A stretch of 64,000 nucleotides of DNA, from NCBI GenBank assembly GCA_965530755.1, contig CBESNA010000001.1, forward strand, positions 4,739-68,738. The letters are read 5' to 3'. The stretch is from an uncultured Acidimicrobiia bacterium (GTDB taxonomy: Bacteria; Actinomycetota; Acidimicrobiia; Acidimicrobiales; SZUA-35). Positions 47,170 through 54,758 of the stretch are shown here, piece after piece; position 1 is the first letter of the stretch, and each line of letters opens with the position of its first letter. The notes beneath the pieces are model-generated. The model ran no database searches. It worked only from the letters and a program-made list of their open reading frames with translations, and had not been told where the DNA came from. Made by a program: the position numbers and the translations under genes.

Positions 47170-47589
47170 CTAGGCGAGGCGCATGCCGTAGCCGTAGCCG
47201 TGGGAATCGGTTCGCTGGTGATGATCACCGGTTGGGTTGGCGGTGTCGGCCACCTTGCCCAGGATGATCACGCCAGTGGGACAGCGGTCGACGCAGAGTG
47301 CACAGCGAGTACACACGTCGTCGTCGATGGTGAAAATGAATGCATCGGAGGGATCGTCGCCCGGTTTGGCGATACCGAAACTCTCAGAGATGGCGTCTGT
47401 CGGCTGCATGTGGATGCACTTCCACGGGCAGATGTCGACGCAGCCTTCACAGGCAATACATTCGGCCTGATCGATGTGGATGAACTGCTTCGGCTTGACC
47501 GCCTTGGAGAGGTAGTCCGCGTCGACCTCGACCAGGATGTAGTCGTCGCGGAACTCTGGAAGGGGTGGATTGGCGTCGGTGGTGACCAT
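47170..47589 (-). CDS. 2x[4Fe-4S] dicluster ferredoxin-domain protein
   Basis: CIACEGCVDICP and CTRCALCVDRCP motifs. 139 aa. 62 bp upstream of cytochrome b6. Confidence 0.85.
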   Translation of the reverse strand: MVTTDANPPLPEFRDDYILVEVDADYLSKAVKPKQFIHIDQAECIACEGCVDICPWKCIHMQPTDAISESFGIAKPGDDPSDAFIFTIDDDVCTRCALCVDRCPTGVIILGKVADTANPTGDHHQRTDSHGYGYGMRLA

Positions 47590-47599
47590 CTGTCGTCGA

Positions 47600-48037
47600 T
47601 CAGCCCCTCTTGATCAGGGGGCGGCCGTACGTGGATGTCGGCAGCTCGGCCGCCTTGGTCTTGCCTCGTTCCTGCCACTGCAACCACATCACGATCATTC
47701 CGGTGAGGAACGCGATGTAGATCAGTGCAGCGATCGAGTCGGACAGCACTCGATAGGTGATCTCGAAGGGGAACCAGCCGCCCTGGCTCTTGGCGGTGAT
47801 CAGGCCCCAGGCATCCCAGATGCGATCGGCTCGGAAGCTCCACTCGTTCTCGGCGAGGGTCAACCACTGGTGGGGCACGATGCCGAAGACGAGGAAGAAG
47901 ACGAAAAAGACGTACACCGACATCATGCTCGCCTCGCCCCAGCTCATGTGGTTCTCGGGGTCTCGCCGAGACGACCACAACGCAAAGGCGCCGACCAGGA
48001 GGAAGGAGATGGCGGTTGAAACAATGAGAGCGGTCAC
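47600..48037 (-). CDS. Orphan small membrane protein, first gene of the Rieske/cyt b module
   Basis: GTG 48037 is preceded by GAGG at 6 nt. 145 aa with about 4 hydrophobic segments. The ORF-track start at 48136 would place the Rex operator inside the coding sequence and was rejected. Confidence 0.6.
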   Translation of the reverse strand: MTALIVSTAISFLLVGAFALWSSRRDPENHMSWGEASMMSVYVFFVFFLVFGIVPHQWLTLAENEWSFRADRIWDAWGLITAKSQGGWFPFEITYRVLSDSIAALIYIAFLTGMIVMWLQWQERGKTKAAELPTSTYGRPLIKRG

Positions 48038-48068
48038 GCAGAACCTCGACAGTGGCGAGCAAACGAGC

Positions 48069-48086
48069 TTGTGAACAGTTGCACAA
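48069..48086. promoter_or_regulatory. Rex operator (ROP)-like palindrome
   Basis: TTGTGAACAGTTGCACAA matches the ROP consensus TTGTGAA-N4-TTCACAA at 13 of 14 specified positions. It lies 32 bp upstream of GTG 48037 in the divergent intergenic region. Confidence 0.7.
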
Positions 48087-48115
48087 TCTAATCGAACGAT
48101 CCTGCCTCTGTGCAA
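48085..48115 (-). promoter_or_regulatory. Candidate sigma-70-type promoter of the Rieske/cyt b-nuo gene array
   Basis: On the minus strand: TTGCAC (48115-48110), a 19-nt spacer, then TAGATT (48090-48085). The -10 abuts and overlaps the Rex operator. Confidence 0.4.
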
Positions 48116-48385
48116 ACCGAGTGCGCGATGGCGCAAACGGATCGTCGAGAGGCAGAGTCGACCGAACGATCGAACACCTTAGGCTCACCTGCACAGCGAG
48201 CAGCCCGATGTTAGTGCGAAGAACCCGTGGTCTGTCACGTTCTCCCGATTCGACGAGTTGTTCGACGAACTCGCTGAATGCAGCAGATCGCGCCTACAGT
48301 TCGGGCTTCGTGTCTCTTTGTCCACTCGTCATTTTCGATCTTGCCTCACGCGTTTGCGCCGGCAGCTCCCATCCCCGAGGATCAC

Positions 48386-49276
48386 GTGACTGAAATCCCC
48401 GAACATCTCCTGAAGCGCAGCCGGGCGGCCAAGGGCACGCCGGACCCCTCGGGAGACAGCGCCGGAAGCGCGGTCGAATCCGCACCGCCGGCCTCAGCAG
48501 CACCGGCCACCGCGGGACCACCCGCCATCGCCGCAGCGGCAAGTGCGATCCCGAAGGATCCGGAGCCGAAGCCCGAACCCGACCTGCCCCACTACATCGT
48601 CGCCGCCAACAAGCGGAGGAAGCTCCCGCTGTGGAGTTTCCTCGTTGTCGGCGCACTGCCGCTCTGGGCAATCAGTTTCGCGGGCACCATGCAGCAGCCC
48701 GCGGTCGAAGATCCACTGTTCGAAGAGGCGGCGCTCGTCTACGCCGAGACCGGCGGTTGCTCGGGTTGCCACGGCGCCGGCGGTGGCGGCGGTGTCGGTT
48801 ACAAATTCAGCGAAGGCGAGATCATCAAGACCTTCCCCGAGCCGATCGACCAGATCGCACACATCGCTCGCGGCTCGAGCCTCATCAATGGCGAGCAGTA
48901 CGGCGATCCGGAACGCGACGGTGGAGCCCGCATCTCCGGCGCTCGTAACCAGGGCGCCATGCCGGCCATGCTCGGCGTCCTGTCGATGGCGGAGCTCGAG
49001 TTGGTGGTCTTCCACGAACGAGCCGTCATCGGTGGCGAAGACACCGAGTCCGCGCTCTACCAGGAGTGGATCGATCACCTCCGCGAAGCCGCTGAGAGCG
49101 GTGAAGGTTCACCGACCAGTGACGACGATCTCAATCTGATCCTCCAGTGTTCCGATCCGGCGTACACCCCGGGTGGGTCCGGACCTGGTCCGGTCGACCT
49201 CGACGGTGACGGAGCAAACGACTGCCCCGGCCCCGATGGGTCGGTGACCGGAAGCGGCGAAGTCGCTGCCGGTTGA
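48386..49276 (+). CDS. Membrane-anchored mono-haem class I c-type cytochrome
   Basis: GTG 48386 with GAGGA 4 nt upstream. One TM (LPLWSFLVVGALPLWAISFAG), CSGCH haem motif, and GAMPAM as a Met-ligand candidate. The N-terminus TEIPEHLLKRSRAAKG is shared with the subunit IV-like protein. Confidence 0.8.
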   Translation: MTEIPEHLLKRSRAAKGTPDPSGDSAGSAVESAPPASAAPATAGPPAIAAAASAIPKDPEPKPEPDLPHYIVAANKRRKLPLWSFLVVGALPLWAISFAGTMQQPAVEDPLFEEAALVYAETGGCSGCHGAGGGGGVGYKFSEGEIIKTFPEPIDQIAHIARGSSLINGEQYGDPERDGGARISGARNQGAMPAMLGVLSMAELELVVFHERAVIGGEDTESALYQEWIDHLREAAESGEGSPTSDDDLNLILQCSDPAYTPGGSGPGPVDLDGDGANDCPGPDGSVTGSGEVAAG

Positions 49277-49391
49277 TCCGCCTCCGGCGATCGCCACTGT
49301 CGACACTGGTCCGAATGACCAATTGACCTGCCGCCACATCGACCCGAGACTCAACAAGACTGTTGGTCTGATCTCGTCGACGAAAGTACCC

Positions 49392-51734
49392 ATGCCCGAT
49401 CCTCGTGCCCGCTGGGTTCGCATCCGCTCTTCTCTCGTCGCACTGATCGTGTTCAGCTCGGCGATGGCTGCAGCAGGCACGGCTGGCGCCACCGACGCCA
49501 CGATCGATGAGGCCACCGAGCGAACATCTGCAGCCGTCCCAGGCGACGTGTTGCCCGGCGACGTCGTGATCGAGACCACCGACCCTACGGTCGACACGAC
49601 CTCTCGGACCTACGTCGGTGCGCTTCAGGATCTTCGTGAAGAGCAGCAGATCCGCCAGGCGCTCACCCGGCGGTTCATCGACACCGGCACCGCTGCCGCC
49701 GTCACCGGCGACATCGCGGTCACCTACGTCCGTTCGACGCCGTCAGATGTGAGAGCGGTGGTCGATGCCGCTGTCAGCGACTGGAACGCAACCCTAAGAA
49801 CGACCTCGAGCGGTCCAGTCATCGTCAGTTTCGACTGGGTGGACCTGTCCGACACCCTTCCCGGCACCCTCGGATTCGCAGGTCCGACTGGGTTCATTCG
49901 ACGAGCCGACAACCTGTACTACCCCGTAGCTCTGGCCAACACCCTCGACCGCCGCGACTACGCCCCGAGCCGGGTGGAGATCGAAGTCACGATCTCGAGT
50001 GCGTTCTACGATCAGCCGGGTGGCTGGTACGTCGACGCCTCGGACGAGAGTATTCCGTTCAACCGACTCGACCTCTATGCCACGATGCTCCATGAACTCG
50101 GCCACGGTTTCGGGTTCCTCGGATCGGCCGAGCGACGCGACGGCGTCAACCTCCTCCAGGTCCCGCCGGACAAGTTCGACACTCTCGTTCGTTATCGGGG
50201 CTCGCGATTGGTCGATCTCGCCAACAACGGCGCCTACCTCACGAGCGGGGAACTGTTCATCGACATCGGCGGCGGCCAGCTCCACGAGATCTACGCACCT
50301 CGAACCTTCTACAACGGCAGCAGCTACTCGCACTTCGACGAGGCCGAGTACCGCAGCGGCGACCCAGGTTCGCTGATGACACCTGCGCTCGGCGCAGGCG
50401 AGACCGAACGCGTGATCGATGCACCGACACTCGGGGTGCTGGTACAGAGCGGCTGGCAGACCGACGTCCCGATGCTTGCCCCGTCCATCACCGAGGTCGG
50501 CGAGCGCTCAGGCGCCTTCGATGTGTCGTGGTCGGCCGACCTCGGGGAGAACGCCGTCCCTCCCCAGTCCTGGGCGATCCGTGTGGTCCGCACCAGCAAC
50601 GGGCAGCAGGCGGCTCGGGTCGTCACCAGTGGCTCGGCCAGGACTGCACGAGTGTCCGGTCTCACGAACAATCTCAACTACCGGGTAGAGGTGAGCCCGA
50701 TCGGCTTCGCTGCCAGCCCGGGAACCGCCACGCAAACCCTGTCGCTCACTCCTCCCCCGGTGGCGCCGACCTTGGTGAACGTCGCTGGATCCGGATTCGA
50801 TCGGACGGTGCAGTGGCAGCTGGCCGACGACGGGGGCAGCCCCGTGATCCGTTATGACGTGCAGATGTCGAAGAACGGCGGCTCCTTCGTCCCCCTCGGA
50901 AGCACCGGCTCGGCCCAGATCGCCACGGGACGACTCACCAACGACGTCTTCCAGTTCCGGGTCCAGGCGGTCAACGCCAATGGCGGCAGCATCTTCGGCT
51001 ACTCACTTCCGACCGGCTTCACCAACACCGTCGTGCGCCCGCTTCCCCTCGACGGCGAGATCGCCCGTCTCTACCAGGCCTATTTTGATCGAGTCCCCGA
51101 CCGGACGGGAATGGCGTTCTATCTCGACCAGCGATCGACCGGTCGTTCGCTCTCATCGGTCTCCCAGGAGTTCCTCGATTCGTCCGAGTTCGTCTCCGCC
51201 TACGGCTCACTCGGCAATCGGGCGTTCATCGAACAGCTGTATCGCAACGTCCTCGGCCGGCGAGGCGATTCCGGAGGAATCGACTACTGGACGTCCCAGC
51301 TCGACTCCGGCCGTGCGAGGTCCTCCGTCGTGATCGACTTCGCCCAGTCATCCGAATTCGTTCTACAGACCGACACCGCCCCGGTGCAGAGTCCCAACCA
51401 GGGCGCGGTCTACCGTCTCTATCTGGCCTACTTCCTCCGGCCGGCCGATGCCGGCGGAGCTGCATTCTGGACCCAGGAGGCCAACAGCGGACGATCGCTC
51501 ACCAGCATCTCGAACGCCTTTGCCCTCTCACCGGAGTTCAGCGATCGTTACGGCGACCTCTCGAACGCGGCCTTCATCGAGCTCGTCTACGCCAACGTGC
51601 TCGGCCGCCTACCCGACAGCGCCGGCCGCACGTACTGGCTCGGCCGGATGGCCGGCGGCGTGTCGCAGGGCGACGTGATGCTGGCCTTCTCGGAGTCGCC
51701 CGAGTTCGTGCTGCGCACCGGCTCGGTCCGCTGA
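49392..51734 (+). CDS. Secreted multidomain protein: HExxH metallopeptidase-like domain, two FN3-like domains, four DUF4214-like repeats
   Basis: Signal peptide (LVALIVFSSAMAAAGTAGA) and zinc motif MLHELGHGFGF. Two FN3-like blocks end in YRVEVSPIG and FQFRVQAVNANG. Four repeats of the pattern LYxxxLGRxxDxxGxxYW...S.EF. Confidence 0.7.
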   Translation: MPDPRARWVRIRSSLVALIVFSSAMAAAGTAGATDATIDEATERTSAAVPGDVLPGDVVIETTDPTVDTTSRTYVGALQDLREEQQIRQALTRRFIDTGTAAAVTGDIAVTYVRSTPSDVRAVVDAAVSDWNATLRTTSSGPVIVSFDWVDLSDTLPGTLGFAGPTGFIRRADNLYYPVALANTLDRRDYAPSRVEIEVTISSAFYDQPGGWYVDASDESIPFNRLDLYATMLHELGHGFGFLGSAERRDGVNLLQVPPDKFDTLVRYRGSRLVDLANNGAYLTSGELFIDIGGGQLHEIYAPRTFYNGSSYSHFDEAEYRSGDPGSLMTPALGAGETERVIDAPTLGVLVQSGWQTDVPMLAPSITEVGERSGAFDVSWSADLGENAVPPQSWAIRVVRTSNGQQAARVVTSGSARTARVSGLTNNLNYRVEVSPIGFAASPGTATQTLSLTPPPVAPTLVNVAGSGFDRTVQWQLADDGGSPVIRYDVQMSKNGGSFVPLGSTGSAQIATGRLTNDVFQFRVQAVNANGGSIFGYSLPTGFTNTVVRPLPLDGEIARLYQAYFDRVPDRTGMAFYLDQRSTGRSLSSVSQEFLDSSEFVSAYGSLGNRAFIEQLYRNVLGRRGDSGGIDYWTSQLDSGRARSSVVIDFAQSSEFVLQTDTAPVQSPNQGAVYRLYLAYFLRPADAGGAAFWTQEANSGRSLTSISNAFALSPEFSDRYGDLSNAAFIELVYANVLGRLPDSAGRTYWLGRMAGGVSQGDVMLAFSESPEFVLRTGSVR

Positions 51735-51752
51735 TCCAGCGAAGCGACTGAC

Positions 51753-53045
51753 TCAGCGAAGCGACTGAGCAGCTGTTCCCGCGGCCTCGATCGTCCGTTC
51801 GATGTCTGCGTCGCTGTGGGCGAGGCTCGGGAACGCAGCCTCGTACGGTCCCGGGGCAAGGGCGACGCCCTGGTCGAGCATGGCGTGGAAGAACGGGGCA
51901 TAGCTCCCGTTGTCGGCGGCAGTCTTGGCGTCGTCGTAGTTCCGAACCGGGGAGTCGGCGAAGAAGATCCCGAAGAGTGGGCCGACCCGCGGAACCTGTA
52001 CGTCGACTCCAGCGGCTCCAATGGCGGCGGCGAGTCCTTCGGCGAGCCGAGTGGCCTTGGCCACGAGCTCGTCGTACCGATCGTCGGTGAGCTGATCGAG
52101 CACGGCGAGTCCGGCCGCCGTTGCCAGCGGGTTCCCCGACAGCGTGCCGCCCTGATAGACGGGGCCGAGCGGTGCGATGTGGGACATCACTTCACGCGAT
52201 CCACCGAACGCGCCGACGGGGAGACCACCACCGATGATCTTGCCGAACGCCCAGACGTCCGGGGTTACCCCGGACCAGGCCGTCGCTCCCCCTCGACCGA
52301 GACGAAAGCCGGTGATCACCTCGTCGAAGAGGAGCAGAGCGCCGACCCGATCACATTCGGCTCGGCACGCCTGCAGGAAGCCCGGTTCGGGTTCGACGAC
52401 ACCCATGTTCGCGGCGACCGGTTCGATCGCCAGGACGGCGGTTTCCTCGTCGAGGGTCGGGACGACGTTGTACGGCCACACGACGGTGTCGGCAACCGAG
52501 GCCTCTGTGACACCGGCCGAGCCGACGAGCCCCTGGTTGGCGACCCCCGAGCCGCCGGCGACCAGCAGCGAGTCGACGTGACCGTGGTAGCACCCAGCAA
52601 ACTTCACGACCTTCGAGCGGCCGGTGGCTCCCCTGGCAAGACGAATCGCTGACATGGTCGCTTCGGTCCCCGACGAGGTCATGCGAATCATCTCGATGCC
52701 GGGGACCCACTCGACGATGCGTTCCGCGAGTTCGATCTCGCCGACCGTCGATGCCCCGTACGTGGTCCCCTTGGTGGCTGCGGTCCGGATTGCGGCGACG
52801 ACCGCTGGATCGGCGTGGCCGAGAATCGATGCCCCGTAGCTCTGGACGTAGTCGAGGTACTTATTGCCTTCCGGGTCCCAGACGTACGCACCTTGCGCCC
52901 GGTCGACGAAGTAGGGAGTTCCGCCGACGGAGAGGAACGCTCGGACCGGCGAGTTGACCCCGCCGGGAAGCACACGCTTGGCCCGCTCGAAGAGTTGCTC
53001 GTTGGATCGGCCTGGAGAGGCGGGAGGGGCAGCAGCGTCGTTCAC
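51753..53045 (-). CDS. hemL: Glutamate-1-semialdehyde 2,1-aminomutase
   Basis: Class III aminotransferase with typical HemL N-terminus (LFERAKRVLPGGVNSPVRAF) and MTSSGTEATMSAIRLARG. Confidence 0.92.
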   Translation of the reverse strand: MNDAAAPPASPGRSNEQLFERAKRVLPGGVNSPVRAFLSVGGTPYFVDRAQGAYVWDPEGNKYLDYVQSYGASILGHADPAVVAAIRTAATKGTTYGASTVGEIELAERIVEWVPGIEMIRMTSSGTEATMSAIRLARGATGRSKVVKFAGCYHGHVDSLLVAGGSGVANQGLVGSAGVTEASVADTVVWPYNVVPTLDEETAVLAIEPVAANMGVVEPEPGFLQACRAECDRVGALLLFDEVITGFRLGRGGATAWSGVTPDVWAFGKIIGGGLPVGAFGGSREVMSHIAPLGPVYQGGTLSGNPLATAAGLAVLDQLTDDRYDELVAKATRLAEGLAAAIGAAGVDVQVPRVGPLFGIFFADSPVRNYDDAKTAADNGSYAPFFHAMLDQGVALAPGPYEAAFPSLAHSDADIERTIEAAGTAAQSLR

Positions 53046-53058
53046 CGCACCAGTGTGC

Positions 53059-54042
53059 TCAGGTGCGAAGCATCTCGGCCACCTCGGCCGCGAGATAGGT
53101 GAGGATGATGTCGGCGCCGGCTCGTTTGATCGCGGTCAAGACCTCGATCGCCGCCGCATCGCCGTCGATCCAGCCATTCGCTGCGGCGGCCTTGAGCATC
53201 GCGTACTCGCCACTCACGTGATACGCCGCCACCGGCACCTCGACGTCTGCCCTCACGGCAGCGATCAGATCGAGGTAGGTGTGAGCCGGTTTGACCATGA
53301 CCATGTCGGCCCCTTCTGCGATGTCGAGGCGAACCTCCTCGAGCGCCTCCCTGCCGTTGCGAGGATCCTGTTGGTAACCCTTGCGATCGCCACCGTCCGC
53401 GATCGTGACGTCGACGGCATCGCGGAATGGCCCGTACATGGCGCTCGCATACTTCGCGGCGTAGGCGAGGATCGAGACGTCGTCGAAGCCCGCTTCGTCG
53501 AGCGCTGACCGGATCGCCCCGACCTGACCGTCCATCATCCCAGACGGTGCAACGACATGGGCTCCCGCCGTCGCCTGCGCAACGGCGATCCTCCGATAGT
53601 TGATCAGGGTTGCATCGTTGTCGACCTCGCCGGCGGCGTCGACGATGCCGCAGTGGCCGTGACTCGTGTACTCGTCGACACAGAGGTCAGCCATCAACAC
53701 GATGCGGTCGCCCAGACGATCGCGCAGACGGCGCAACGCCACCTGGACGATGCCGTCCGCTGCCCAGGCTTGCGATCCTTCGTCGTCCTTGGTGGCCGGG
53801 ATGCCGAACAGCATGATGGCCGGGATGCCGAGGGCGACCAGGCGGTCGACCTCGGTGTCGAGCGATGCGAGGTTGTGCTGCTGGACGCCGGGAAGTGACG
53901 CTATGTCGACGGGGGCCTCGATGCCCTCACGCACGAAGAGCGGCGCAACAAGGTCGTCGACCGAGAGGGTGGTCTGGGCGACGAGTCGGCGCAGTGCACC
54001 GGTACGGCGAAGCCGACGGAGGCGGCGCTGGGGGAACGTCAT
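53059..54042 (-). CDS. hemB: Porphobilinogen synthase (delta-aminolevulinate dehydratase)
   Basis: RLRRLRRTGALRRLV N-terminus, and active-site region VMVKPAHTYLDLI and AAYHVSGEYAML. Confidence 0.92.
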   Translation of the reverse strand: MTFPQRRLRRLRRTGALRRLVAQTTLSVDDLVAPLFVREGIEAPVDIASLPGVQQHNLASLDTEVDRLVALGIPAIMLFGIPATKDDEGSQAWAADGIVQVALRRLRDRLGDRIVLMADLCVDEYTSHGHCGIVDAAGEVDNDATLINYRRIAVAQATAGAHVVAPSGMMDGQVGAIRSALDEAGFDDVSILAYAAKYASAMYGPFRDAVDVTIADGGDRKGYQQDPRNGREALEEVRLDIAEGADMVMVKPAHTYLDLIAAVRADVEVPVAAYHVSGEYAMLKAAAANGWIDGDAAAIEVLTAIKRAGADIILTYLAAEVAEMLRT

Positions 54043-54758
54043 GGGGCGAGCGTATGCAGCGCAGCGGCGATCAGGCCATCCGTCGAGGGCTCGGCCGCGG
54101 TCGTTGCGACGGCGAGCCCCAGTCCCCGGATCGCAGCTGCCGTGGATTCGCCGATGGCGACGAGCGCGGGGAGCTCGGCCGGATCGAGCCGATCGAGCAG
54201 GCGCTCGATGACCGATGGTGCGGTGACGAGCACGAGGTCAGCGGCGCTGATGCGATCGATGTCCGACGAGCTGATCTCGGGAGCGAGCGTGCGGTATGCC
54301 GTGACCACCTCGACCTCGACCCCCCGGCGTTTCAGAGCGGCGGCGAGATCGTCCGAGGCGAGCTCGGCGACCGCGGCGACCACCCGCTCCCCCTCGAGGA
54401 CCGGAAGCGTGCGACCGAGGCCGGCGGCCGACGGCTCGGGGGCTTCGAACGAGACGGTGAGACCAAGCTCCACCGCCCGGCGCGCCGTGGCTCGACCGAC
54501 CACGCCTAGCCGGAAAGCTCCACCAGGGCAGGCTGTAGCGACCGCGTCCACACCGTTGGACGAGGTCACGGCGACCCAGCTGTTCTTGACGACTGCAGCC
54601 AACGCCCGGCGGAGCGCTTCGCCCCCATCGATCGGAGGTACGACCTCGATCAAGGGAACGTGCACGGCGAACGCGCCGGCACGACGAATGGCGTCGAGCA
54701 GGGGCCCGCTCTGGCTCGTGGCCCGGCACACCACCAGGTGGCGTCCGGCGAGCGTCAT
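54039..54758 (-). CDS. hemD: Uroporphyrinogen-III synthase
   Basis: HemD-sized two-lobe protein (239 aa) between hemC and hemB, with 4-nt overlaps on both sides. Confidence 0.8.
   Translation of the reverse strand: MTLAGRHLVVCRATSQSGPLLDAIRRAGAFAVHVPLIEVVPPIDGGEALRRALAAVVKNSWVAVTSSNGVDAVATACPGGAFRLGVVGRATARRAVELGLTVSFEAPEPSAAGLGRTLPVLEGERVVAAVAELASDDLAAALKRRGVEVEVVTAYRTLAPEISSSDIDRISAADLVLVTAPSVIERLLDRLDPAELPALVAIGESTAAAIRGLGLAVATTAAEPSTDGLIAAALHTLAP

Noticed and set aside
48249-48268. Direct repeat TTCGACGA-N4-TTCGACGA, with flanking CGAGTT/AACTCG, in the region upstream of the mono-haem cytochrome c gene
   Set aside because: The repeat is short (8 bp) and could arise by chance in a 350-bp intergenic region. 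No known operator family was recognised. It is noted only as a candidate for motif searches.
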